The position numbers and the translations under genes are program-made. The notes under the pieces were generated by a model, which saw nothing but the letters and a program-made list of their open reading frames with translations, had not been told where the DNA came from and ran no database searches. From NCBI GenBank assembly GCA_001724265.1, contig MEDY01000132.1:1-64000 (forward strand): 64,000 nt of DNA. Reading direction: 5' to 3'. This document shows, piece after piece, positions 49,201 to 61,400 of this stretch (positions within the stretch are counted from its first letter, which is position 1; every line of letters starts with the position of its first letter). Source of the DNA: Rhizaria sp. SCN 62-66 (taxonomy: Eukaryota).

Positions 49201-49809
49201 CTGCTGCAGCTGTTGGGGGGTGTGATGCAGGTTCTTGAGCGTGAGTTGTGCCTGCGCTAACTGCGCCGCTAATGCAAGCTTCTCACTCTCCGCCGCCGCA
49301 GCGGCAGCGCGCGCGCGCTCGGCGTCGGCGCGGGCGGCCGCAGCCTCCGCCGCGGCGGCGTCCAGCGCGGCGCGAGCCTTGACCTGCGTGGTGTCAACGT
49401 CGCGGCGGCTTGAGTCGGCTTTGGTCTCGAGATCGTCGAGCTCGCGTAAGAGAGCGTTTTGCGTGTTGATGAGGTACTCTTGCTGAAGCTGCATGAAGCG
49501 CAGCAGGTGCAGCGTGTTGGCGGGTGGCATGCCGGAGACTTCGGCGAGCGTGATGTCGGCGAAGGACGTGTGGGGCACGGAGTTGTGAAGCTGCATGAGG
49601 TCCTTGCTGGCGACGACACGGTCCAGGTCGAGGCCCAGAATGAAGTCCCAGTTCAGCGCGCCCGTGCGGCGGCGGAAGCGGATGTCGCGGGTCAGCTGCG
49701 GCATCCACGGGGGCTGCTGCTGCTGCTGTTGGGGAGCAGGGGCAGGGACTGAGTAGCCGACGCCGCCGCTGCCCTGAGGCCCCCCCATCCCTTGTCGATA
49801 GGAGCTCAT
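43233..49809 (-). CDS. DZIP1/Iguana-like protein: Dzip-like_N, C2H2 finger, coiled coils, Pro-rich region, C2-like module (~1994 aa); exons 49809-47828, 47636-47315, 47145-46598, 46365-43233
   Basis: FRRRTGALNWDFILGLDLDRVV...LLRFMQLQQEYLINTQ matches the Dzip-like N-terminal pattern; YPCTLCTAVFASHSAICRHFKRRH is a C2H2 finger. Three GTACG..AG introns join all segments in frame. Stop TAA. Confidence 0.8.
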
Positions 49810-50326
49810 TGCCGTTCGAGACAAGACTCAGTAGGAGTGATCAAACGCAACAGTTGAATAATTATAGCGGTTACTTTGTTTTCACAAACTACAGAAGGGA
49901 AAAATGCAGAAGGTAGATCATGGTTGAGTGAGAAGGAGCCGATGGGGAAAGAGCGGTTAACTGTCAAGTGCAAAGTCGATCACACGGAATACAGCAACAA
50001 AGAAATAAACAGAGAACCAAAGAGAAATACACCAGAAATCCCATAAACCATTGTATGTAATAGTTTACTGGTGATCTCTCTGACGATCATCACAACCCGT
50101 GATTCGAAATCAAACAATGAAACCGCACCGACACGAGCCTTCGGTCAGCCGATCCCGAGCACTAACGTGACACGAGACTCATAAATCACGATAGCAGGTA
50201 ATACATATCATCACTTGAGATAGTGAAAATAAACTCAAAAGATGTATTTTTACTTAAAATAAACAATTCTTTGACTGGGCTCAACACCCGATTTTATATA
50301 TACCGTTTAAAGCCGCATTTGGTTCT

Positions 50327-52391
50327 TTAATGCGTGTGGCCCGCCGCCGCCAGGAAGTGGGGCTTCTTGGGCGCCGCGCCGCTGTGTCCGTGGCCGCCGT
50401 GGCTGTGGCCATGGTCATCCAGCCCGCCGTCGAGCGCAGACACGCCGAAACCGCCATGCTTGGCCATCATCATCGGCGACCGCGTCAGCATCTCACTCAT
50501 GCTGACGTTGCCGTGGCCGTGACCGTGGCCGTGGCCGTGGCTATCGAGCGGCGCGAGCTTGGCCGAGCCGATGCGCGAGCCCGCGCGCGAGTGCGCGCCC
50601 GCAGCGGCGTTGCGGTGCAGGAACATGGGCGTGGCGGGCAGAACGTCGCGCACGCCGCCGACGAAGAGGGGGGAGTTGTCCGAAGTGAGGCCACCGTCCT
50701 GGTCGGGGATCTGCTCATAGTCGGTGGTTTTAGGCAAGCCGGGGAAGGAGAGATTGCCGTTGTACACGGCCGTGCCGTAGAAGAGGAACACCATGCCGCC
50801 GAGCTCGAGCCACGAGGCCGGGGACCAGGGCTCGCCGATGATGCCCATCGAGTAGTAGAAGACCATGCCGATGATCCAGACGGCGACGGGGCGGCAGTTG
50901 TCCATGATTGCGTGCCAGACGGAGTTGAGCAGGTACGTGATGTAGATGCAGAAGACGTTGTAGAAGAACACGATCAACGTGAAGCCAATCAGGAGCATGA
51001 AAAGCGGCAGGGATGAGAACATCATCGTGAGGGCCTCGTAGCAATCCTCGTACTTGCCGTTATCGGGACCCGGCAACACGTGCATTAAGGGGAAAACAGC
51101 GCCGAGGAAAAGGATTACTCCCCACACGCCCTCCATGCCGACCAGGACAAGGGGCGGCACGGAGTCAAATGACATGACCTTCTCTTCGAAGACATACTGC
51201 GCGCCTTGAACGAGGCAAGACGCCAGGATGAACATGATACCAATCCTATAGTGTTGTAAAAACAGCGCAAATAAGGTCAAAGAAGAGCATATGTGAGATG
51301 GCAAAGTGAAACATATACATGGAGTTATTATAGTTATTTTGGGAAACTTCAATATGATATATGCGTCGATTTAAAGCAACGTTGTTACGTTATTATTACG
51401 CACCTGGCGTCCGTGTAGTGGCCACTGCCCTCGCTAACAGCGGCGTCGGCGGGGGCGAAGAACGCCGTAGACCCGACAAGCGCCATCGCGAGCGCGTTAA
51501 TGCCGACACCGGCCCACATGTTGCCCGAAAGGCGGTGCTTGAGGACGAAAGCCTTGAGCATAGCGGTGACGATAATGACGGTGCAGCGGGAGAGCTGATA
51601 CACAGAAACGGAAGTGTAGAGCAGACCGATGGTGCTCAAAGCGGTGCCAATGAGGTCAAAAAGCGACGGAATAAGAAGGATGGCGTTGAGACGCAGCGAG
51701 AAGAGGTTGCGCCAGTCAGCAAGCGCATCCTCCTCGTCCTCATCGTCCTCGGCCGCAGACTCACAGTCGCCTCCCAGCTCACAGCCACCTGCCTGCTTGG
51801 CGTCAGCGCCGGCACCGGGGAGCTGCGGCGAAGACGCCAGGATGCTCTCGAGCTTGGAGGAGCCGAGACCCTTCTTGCCGCTGGCGGCGCCGGACTGGTA
51901 GGACGACGGGGACGACTCGGAGGCGTTGTCGCCGAAAGGGTCTGAGAGGTCGTAGGAGCGAGAACTGCTCTTGGCGAGGACGGTGCCCGAGACGTTGGGC
52001 GCGGGGCCGGCCGAGATGCGCGCGGCGGTGGCGGCGGCGCGCGCGGCGGCCTTGTTGCGGCGCTGGAAGTAGATGATGGTGTAGTAGAGCGGGAGGGCAG
52101 CTGCCATGCCGAGGAACATGAGGAAAGTCATGAAGATGGGCTTCTCGTAGTATTTCAGCTCGCCGTTGCTCGCAACGCCGCGGGTTTGGTACACGGCCTT
52201 AACCATCAGGGTACTACGCAAGGGGAAATCAAGGGCACGGCAAAAACAGAGAGAAAACGTGTGAGCTGGAGGCGTGCATACGAGTGAAAAAAAATAAATT
52301 TGCGAGGATGGGGAGGAGAGAAGACGGACCTGGCAGTACCCATGATGAGGCCGAGGAAGAAAACGGGCATTTGCCACGTTCCGGCTTTCAT
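50327..52391 (-). CDS. SLC35F6: SLC35F6-like drug/metabolite-superfamily transporter (596 aa); exons 52391-52330, 52213-51404, 51245-50327
   Basis: KPIFMTFLMFLGM, IPSLFDLIGTAL, SVSVYQLSR, QGAQYVFEEK, PLVLVGMEGVWG, IMDNCRPVAVW; about 10 hydrophobic helices; His/Gly-rich tail. Confidence 0.82.
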
Positions 52392-54027
52392 TGTAAAGCC
52401 TATAAAACCACGCAAGGTGAAATGTAGCGGGGAAGTCCGATGAGATGGTGAGGATGTGAGTGAGTTGTGGGGCAAGAGAGATCGCGGGGCAGGTGGCGTG
52501 CGCTGAGGGTTGGGACAGGAAACGATCAGCGTGAATTGCGAGGTCAAAACAAGTATTTCATCGGACAACATTATAATGAAGTAGATATAACGTAGAAAAG
52601 TAGTAAGGATCGTGTGTTGCAGATCAACTAACGATGTGAATGTATGAGTAAAAGAGACCGCAGTTAGGCCCAACATGGGCAGACCCGCGATTCCTGCCAC
52701 AGGCCCTGTCAAGCGCTTGCACTCTAGCATTTCTCAAAAATATGCGTATTAAGTGGTTCACTTTGCGGGTGGGCTTTGACATGTAGAGTCAAACATGACA
52801 CGTATGTATTTTCATAAAACTGTTCCACGATACGTCTTTGTTGTCATGCTCTCTCCGGTCATTTCGGTCATTGGGGCGACGCTTGCCCAAGGTCGCTTGT
52901 CAGAGGCGTAGCGAGGCTAGACAGAACCATATGAATACGAAGCATGGATATGGGTTGTCCAACTTACTGGCCTTTGACCCTCCATGTGTCTCACTCATAG
53001 TGAGCGCTGCTGCTGTCATTCACATACACCAACGTTGTCCAGACGGGCACCAGACGTCCACAGACACCAACGGTTGAGAAAGCTGAGGAGGCTGAGACAA
53101 TTCGTTGCTAAAGCCCCTATTGCTACTGCGAATACCGTCGACGCAACTGTGAGTGGATTTGTGACTATGACAACTGTAACCTGCGGTGTTTGACAACACC
53201 TGAATGGTAGAGTCTACTTGCTTGCAACATGCTGCGCCTCGTATATCACGACTGATTGCGAACCCACGGAGCGAATGAGCGTTGGATGTGCGACTCGCTA
53301 CTCCGAGTCAACGACAAACCGAGACACTTGGACACCTAGGGCATGAACGCGCGTTTGAGCTCCCGTGTCTTCAGCTTGCTGTTGAACGATGAGCGCGATG
53401 GTTTCAGTGGTACAGTACATGTACTAAGTTATGCGGCGGCTAGGAAGACAGTACCACTTGTTGCTTGCTGTATTGTTTCGTACATACTGTTTTTCATGTC
53501 ACTTTTGACATACTGTATTGAGTAATTTCTTTATATCCTCCGACCACCGCTTCAATTCTGAGTTTCCACACTTCCACAATCACTGCCCCACAACATGTTT
53601 TTACTCGACAAAATACAGTATAACACGCACTTGATGAAAGGTTTAGGGAGCGAATTTTAAGCATCATGTAGGATAACACGCCAACCCCAGATAAGCAAAG
53701 TCTGAATACCCGGAACATCTGTCTATGTTGTCATGCACCATGTGTAATGATGTGTATAGCCGTTTGTGGTGACCCGGCCACGCTGAGTGGCAGAGGTCGA
53801 GACTACGACCTTTGAAATAACGGCTCTTATGCTTCCCCAATCGCTTTGTAAACTCCGTCAATCAACATATCGACACCGACTTTTACTAAATTAACATCCA
53901 TTCACTTTATGTTTACAACCACAGTTTTTCAGCTCCTGCCTTAGGAGCGTATACATCGGGCAAAGTTAGCAGTGTAGCAAACTCTCAACCGTCCCACCTC
54001 CTCGCCTCTTCTGGCTTTTCTACAGCA

Positions 54028-54373
54028 ATGGTACGACTTCCCATCGCTCTTATTTTTGACTATTACACGTTATCTGTGCGTTATTACAATTATTTACTAA
54101 CGCAACTTGCATACCTATTGTTAACCTGGTTTATTTCTTGTTTTTGCGTTCCAGAGCTCGCACCACCTCACTGCTCCCAACAGCAGCAGCAGCGGCGGCA
54201 GCGGCGGCAGCGGCGGCAGCGGCACCACACACGGCCCGCCACGCGCCCCACCGCCCCCCGTGGCGCCGCAGAGGCCCACTGACTCGTCTCAGCAGCCTGC
54301 CACAGCAGCCGCCCCTGCGACTGCGACTGTGAGCGTCTCTCGACGCGGCTCGCTGGCAAACATCATCGCCGGT

Positions 54374-54419
<46 letters not shown>

Positions 54420-55368
54420 CGGCTGCAGGTATGAACGCCAGCAGCCATAGTTACGGTGGCGGTGCCAAGTCCGCTGCAAACAGCCGGCGCGGTTCTTTTA
54501 GCAGCAATAACAACAACAGTAACAACAACAGTAACAGTAACCCGATGCAACAACATCACCACGACGCGCCTGCGACGCTGCCTCCGCTCCACAACATCAA
54601 CAAGACCGACAGCGCCGCCTCGAGTGCGGGCAGCGGCGGCGGTGGCAATGGAGCCGGGCCGAAGCGCGCGCCGCTGGCGGCTGCGTCGCGAGGACTGCTT
54701 CTGAAGGCCGTCGAGCGCAGGCAGAAGGAGGCCGCCGAGAAGAAAAATCAGGCCGCGCCTGCTGCGGCAAAGGATGTAAAGACTGCACAGGATGTACGTG
54801 CGACGGGTGATGACGAGATTGACAAGTTTGTCAAGAGTAAGCTCTATCAAGACGAAGTGGCAGCCGCCGCTGAGGCCGCCGCCGCCGCCGCGGCCGCAGC
54901 CGCCGCAGCTGGAACAACGCCAACAGCGACGACCTCTGCTAAAGCACCTGCGTCAGCTGCAAAGGCTCCGACTGCCTCTGCACATGTTTCTGTCTCTGCT
55001 TCGGCTGCCGGCGTGCCAAACACGAGACCCGCTGCAGCTGCCGATGTAAGTGCGAATGTTAGTGCCGACGCTGCTGCTCCCACTGTAAAGCCGACGTCTC
55101 AGGGGGTTCACGTGCCTGAGCACGGCAACCCCAGCAGCTCTAGTCTAAGCGCCTCCTCTGACGGCGAGCCCGACGCTGAGCCCCAGGCTCAGAAGAGCGG
55201 TGCACCCAAGTCCAGTGCCACTGCGGCTGTTGCAGTGGGTGCCGCCGTCGCCGGCGCCGTCATTGGCGCGGGCGCCGGCGTCGCCGCCGCTCTGTCTCTG
55301 TCCCAGAGCTCTCATTCGACTAAGACTTGCAGTGCCGCGGCCAGTCATACTCTCAGTCATACTGAGCC

Positions 55369-55406
<38 letters not shown>

Positions 55407-58400
55407 GTGAGGCGGTCGTTCGTCGTGGCTCGCTGCCTGAGTTGCCCCCTCCGTCACCCACTGCCGCGGCCAAAGCAGACGCGACCACTCCAGCAACTGC
55501 TGCACATGCGACGGAACACACGGTAAGGACCGCGGTTACCGGCACAACTGACGCAACCGCTGTGACCGGGTCCAGCGACTCGCTGCCACAGTCGAAGGCG
55601 CAGTCTCGGACGCACTCGCGCTCACAGTCGGTGGTCAAAGTTAAGCCGCACGAGTCAGTGTTGGATGCGGTGAACAACGCTGAAATCAACGAAGCCAGCA
55701 CCATTGACGAAAACGGCGTCGTCGTCAGCAATGTCGTGGGAAGTAGCAAGAACGAGAATGCTGGGACTGTTCTTATGGTGACTCCGCCGACAGCGGCCGC
55801 GGATGTGTTCAGTCAGCAACACCAGCTCACTGTTGATGTTGCCTCGACTTCGGCGGCGACGTCATCCGCCGACAACACTCTCAACAGCAACGCCGCCAAG
55901 AACAATGCCACGAGTAACAATAACAATTATAACCTGAGTGTGGGCTATCACAACCTCAGTGGCAGTGACAAGTTTGCGACCCCATTAGACTCGCGCCAGA
56001 GCCCCTTACACGCACAGTCTGAGCACGGTGTGCAGCTGCACTCCGGCGCCGTTGATGTCAATTCGTCGCCGCTTCCGTTGCCGCAGTCGTTTAGAGCGGT
56101 GAACAACGAGCTGACCAAGAGCGCGAGCGCTGACACTGCCCTGGGCACCAATCTCACGCGCGGCAAGAACAACAGTAGCAGCGGCAGCAGCACCGCGGTG
56201 AGCACGAACGCTCACAGTGACACGCACGCGGGCTTGGTCGCCGCCAGTGACAGCGGCCTCAAGACTGCTGCTCACGGCACGGACGCTCATATCGACGGTC
56301 ACAGTAGTGAAAACAAGGACGCCGCTGCTGGAGCCACTACCACTGCTACGACGGCGTCGACTAAGGCACCCACCGAGGCGACAGCTGCGGCGGCGACGGA
56401 GGCCGCGACTGCTACTACTGCTGTTGACGGCGCTAATGGTGTTGTTTCCCCCAAGGCTAAGGGTGCCAAGTCGAAGGGCAGCGCGAAGTCGGAGTCTAAG
56501 GGTGCCGAATCCGCATCGAACGCCATTGAGGACGCTGTATCTAAGGACCCCGTGTCAAAGGGGGCCGAGTCTGAGGCTGAGTCTAAGGGCTCCAAGCCCA
56601 AGACTGGTGCTGAGAAGGCTGACCATGTAGCTGCTGACGATACCGAGAAGACTGTCGCCGCTGCCGCGACTGGCGCTGTGGCGATTGGAGCCGCTGCCGC
56701 TCTCGCAGCGACCGCCGCTACGGCCGATTCTCATGCGACCGCCACAGACTCTGCTGCCACTCCTGCCGCTGCGAATGCTGTCGCGTCCCCGACCGGCAAG
56801 AAGGCGAAGAAGGACAAGAAAGGCAAAGCCGGCCCCGCCAGCGGAAGCCCCGCGGCCTCTACAAGCGCCAGCGCCAGCGCCCGGTCCAGCCCCGCGGCCA
56901 GCACCGCCGTCTCACGCACCGCGACCGCCACCACCTCGGCACTAGCTGCGACTGCGGCCCCGGCGGTGGCGACAGCGACTGTGATCAAAGCGCCCGTGGC
57001 TCCGCATGCCGCCGCGGCAGCGGTGAACTGTTTCACCTTGCAAGATGACGAATACGCGGAGAAATACGACAAGACCAGTGCCAACGCAGCAGCAAATCAC
57101 GCGACTGAGAAGACGCCTACATCGGCGGTCAACGCCAGCTCGAGCTCTGGTGTCAGCGGCGTCACACTGGAGACGTCGTCGTCTAAGGGTGGCGTTGACG
57201 CGCGCAGTGTAAGCACCCCCTCAGTGCAGCGTAAGGGCGCGTTTGAGATCATCCCGTTAGTCAAGCCGCCCCTGACGCCGCAGGGTACTTACCCCGCGGA
57301 CGGCGCTTACGTCATCGCGACTGACCGCACTTACATCCCCGCGCCGTCTCCCGCACACAGCGATGCAAGCGCCACTTCTGACCGCATGAGCCCCAACGCC
57401 AATGATAAGAGCGTGCACACTAGTGGCCGCAGCAGCAGTCGAAGCTCTCTCAACGCGCTCATCATGCCCCTTAGTCCCAGCAACAGTGCGTACATCGCCC
57501 CCGTGGCGGAGGACGGCAACGACGACGACGCCAACCTCAACGATGACGACGACGACGACGACGACGACGGCGACGGATACGGCGGCGCCAAGGCCCCCAA
57601 GGCCCGCGCGTTTGTGTTCGCGGACGTCGCCGAAAGCAGCGCGCGCGCGGCCGACCCACGCCGCTCCTCTCTCACCACTCTTAACAGCAATAGCAACAGC
57701 AATAACTCCGCTGGCATGAGCGGCGCTACCGCGCGCACGAGCAGTGCCGCCGGCACAAGGCCCACGACGAGCGTGTCCGTTGCGACGCCGCGCAACGCCA
57801 ACGGGACTGAGAAGGTCCCTTCCGTGGCCGCTGCTGAGACTGCTGCTGCTTCGGGAGCGGTTGGCAAGACCGAAAGCACGAAGCGTGCGGCGCAGCGGCG
57901 CGCGATCGAGATCCTGCACTTGGATCCCCGCGGCGGCGTCATCCTGGCCTCGGAGGAGGAGGCCAAGGCGCTGGAGGCCGCAAAGAACATCAAGAACCCC
58001 TTCGCAACCGCACTCAGTAACGCTGCTGACGGCGCGACGGGCGACGCCGCGTCGACAACAACCAGTGTTGGCAAGGATGTCAGTGAGGCGCTCGCACTGG
58101 CGGCCGCCACTGCTAGCCGCGCCCAAACCTCCGCCAGTGCGACGGGAACGGACTCCTCGGAAAACAGCACCGGCGATAGCGGCGCTAGCAGCGGTAAGAA
58201 GAACCGCGTCGTCGTCGACGGCGCTGTGACGCTTAACGCCAGCGACTTCGCCACGGCCGACGAAGTGCTGACATGCGGGCCCAAGGGTGGGCTCGGCGAG
58301 GGCGCCTGCCTCGCCCCGTCGCTTAAGTCGTTCGTGGCGAGCTGGGACGCGCAGCTGGAGAAGAAGTTTCCCCTTGCACACGGCCCGTCGTTCGAGTCGG

Positions 58401-61400
58401 ACCTGCGCTCGCTGGCCAAGCGCCGCCAGAGCCGCAGCGTGACTCTGCAGCAGCGGCTCGCCACGGGCTCGTTACCGCCACAGACGTCTCTGCTAGTCGT
58501 GATTGCTGTGCACGGCCTGCACACGGTCGCCGCGGCAACGGAAATCGCGCGCACCGCCGCCGCCGAGGCCGCCGCGGCGGCGGTGACCGCGGCTGGCGGC
58601 AACAGCAAGAAGGCGGCGGCCGCGTTCGCCGCCGAGATGGCCAAGTCGGCCGCCCCCGGTGCCGTGGTGCCGATGGTGCCGCTGCCGATTATGGTCGAGT
58701 TCCAGCGCCTGCGCGCGCACCGCTCGACGCTGCACGACCCCAGCGGCGGGAGTAGCGCGGCGGCGGACAAGTCCGCTGTGGCGACCGAGGATTCCGAGTA
58801 TGAGACCACTGTTCGCACTCCAGGTATGTTCAATAAGTGTCCCGCTTCTACCGCTTATAAGCACCATCACTCTGTTTTCTTTTGCTATGTTGTGAAACTA
58901 ACAATGACTTATCCACCGTGTATAATTTAACTTCGAAGCCTTCATCTCATTGATATATCTTGCTTTTCTCTTTGTTTCCCGTTTGCTTCACAACAACAGG
59001 CCGCGCAGTGCCCATCTTCTCCGAGCCTGGCTCCGGCGGCTTCTTCACCGGTTCCCAGTCCTTCGCGCCGTTGTTGCTGCCCGCCTGGTCGCTGTGCCGC
59101 GACGAGCTCGACCGGCCTGTGCGCGTGCGCGTGCTGTACGCGCCGCTGTCCCCCGCGGAGAACATGCTGGCGGCGACGCTCTCGCCCCAGAGCGACACGG
59201 CGGCACTGGCGAGCGCAACCGCCGCGGCCGCCGCGAGCGCGGCGAGTGTGGGCGCCAAGTACGGCAATTTCCCCGTTATGGCGGCGGTTAAGACTAGTGT
59301 GCGTGAGATTCTGCTCAAGTCTGGCATTAGCGGCAACTTGGCGACGATGGATCTGTTGTCGCCGTTGCCGCCGTTCGTGCAGCAAGTTAAGCCGCTGGCT
59401 GATTACCACCATAAGTTGCTGCCGAACAACAATAAAAGCACGAGTACGGGTCTCGCGCTAAGTACCCCCTTAGAGGTGAACGGGTACTCAGACGGCTTGA
59501 CTTCGTGGTCTCTGCCCTTACACCACAACTCGACCCCCTTAGACGACCTCATCGCCCAGGGCCACAAGCCGGCTCGCTCCTTCCCGCTCGCTTCCTATAT
59601 CAACAACAACAGCGCCAGCGCTACTAGCTCCGGCGGCAGTAGCAAGAAGCAGAGCCCTTCTGTCACCGCGAGCGTGAGCGCGAGCAGGGCGTCGCTGACG
59701 CTGCACGTGTGCTCCCTCATGGCGCCCCGGTCGCTGCCCCTGCTCGTCACCATCGGCAACGCGCTCGCGCTGTCGCAGTCGCTCGCCGTCGTGCAGGGTC
59801 AGTGCGAGTACTTCACGCGTTCGCACGCCCGCCCGCTGGCGCTCGCTCTGCCGTCACAAGCGCAGTCACTCGTGCTGCCCTCCGCGGCCGCCGCGCGCGC
59901 CGCCGTCAGTGCGCGCGCGTTGGAGCTGCAGTTGCGTGAGATCGTCGACCTGATTGCGGCGTTGTCGCTGTTTTCGATCAAGGGACAAAGCAAGAAGGTC
60001 TGGGGCGCGCGTGCAGATGCCATGATCGCACTTAAGCAAGCCGCCGGCCCTTCGGGCACACCGGGCGGCTTAACTTTGAGCAACATCAACAGCCTCAGCG
60101 CAAGTCCCAGCGACGACGAGGACATCTACCACGACGACAACGTCAACGTCGGCGCTTACGACGACGATGACGACGGCGACGGCGATGGATACGAACGTGG
60201 TGACCGTGTGCGCGGCTTAGCTTCCAACCGCAACAGCGGACGCTTGTCGACGTCATCGCGCAAATTCCGCCCTACCACGAGCTCTTCTGCGCATTCCACC
60301 AGCTCTGACACGTATAACTCTGCGGCGTCGTCGCGTTCCTTTGCGACGCAGCGGCAGAAGCGTCTGTCAGCGCGTGCCAGCGCAGATGCCGTCGACAAGT
60401 CCAAGAAAGTCATCGAAAACGCCGCGAAAACGGCTGTTATGGTCGAGGACCCCGTTGTCAAGACACTGCGTGCGTCGTACGACCGGCTGCTAGCGCTGTT
60501 GCCGCGCGCGATGTGTGTCGGCGTTGCCGACGCGCGGGTGCTGGTCGAGCAACTGATCACTGCAATCACGAGTAGTAGCGGTGGTAGAGCAAGAAATAGC
60601 GGCGGCAACAGTGCAAACTCGGTCAAGGTCGCTGCGTACGAGAAGGTGACCGCACAGCTGAAGCTGTTGGCGCCCGCGACGATCCCGCAGACGCTGTGCA
60701 AACACCGCTGCACCGCGCATGCGCCTCTGTACGGAACCCAAGCCGCCAACCCGAACGTCCTCCCCGCGTCTTCCTCGAACAAAAGTCAAGCCGCTGTGTC
60801 CGCCTCCGGTCTCGCCGGCGCGGCGTCCGCGGGCGCGAGCGCGAGCGCCAGTGCAGGCATCAGCGTCAGCACTGGCGGCGCGCTGCTGCGGCCGGAGTGG
60901 CCGGTCTCGCGCGCGCTGCTGCTGGAGCCGGAGACGGGCGTGTTCGTCTCGACAGATCCCACCGTGACGGCGGGCGTGATCACAACAGCCGCCACGCACC
61001 GGCCGACCACTGTCCACAGCAACGCCCCGGCCGGTGCGCAGAGCGGCGGCAAGCAGCAGTTCCGCTCGGTGGTGCCCCTGCCGCTGTACACGCTGCTGAG
61101 CGGCGTCGGCCTCGGCGCGAAGCCCTTCTTGGAGCCGCTGCCAATGCCCCTGCTTGGTTTCCCTCACGTTGTGCAACTGCGCGTCAGCGGCCTGAAGTTA
61201 GGCCGCCCTCTGGCGATACAACAGGGCGTTGTGCTGACGACGGCGGCCAAGAACAAGCGCGCGCTCGAAGCCGCAGCGGCACTGACTGGCGGCGGCGCTG
61301 CTGGTGACGCCTTAAGCAACGCTAACGTTAAGGCGCTGCAGCCGCTGTGCTATTTCCTCCAGGTTCTCACTCTCGACCGCGTTGCGAATCGGACGCCGAC

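Noticed and set aside
52840-53400. Moderately GC-rich intergenic patch with a weak inverted repeat near 52920-52960
   Set aside because: Stem is imperfect and the ORFs are short and featureless; no support for a gene or element.
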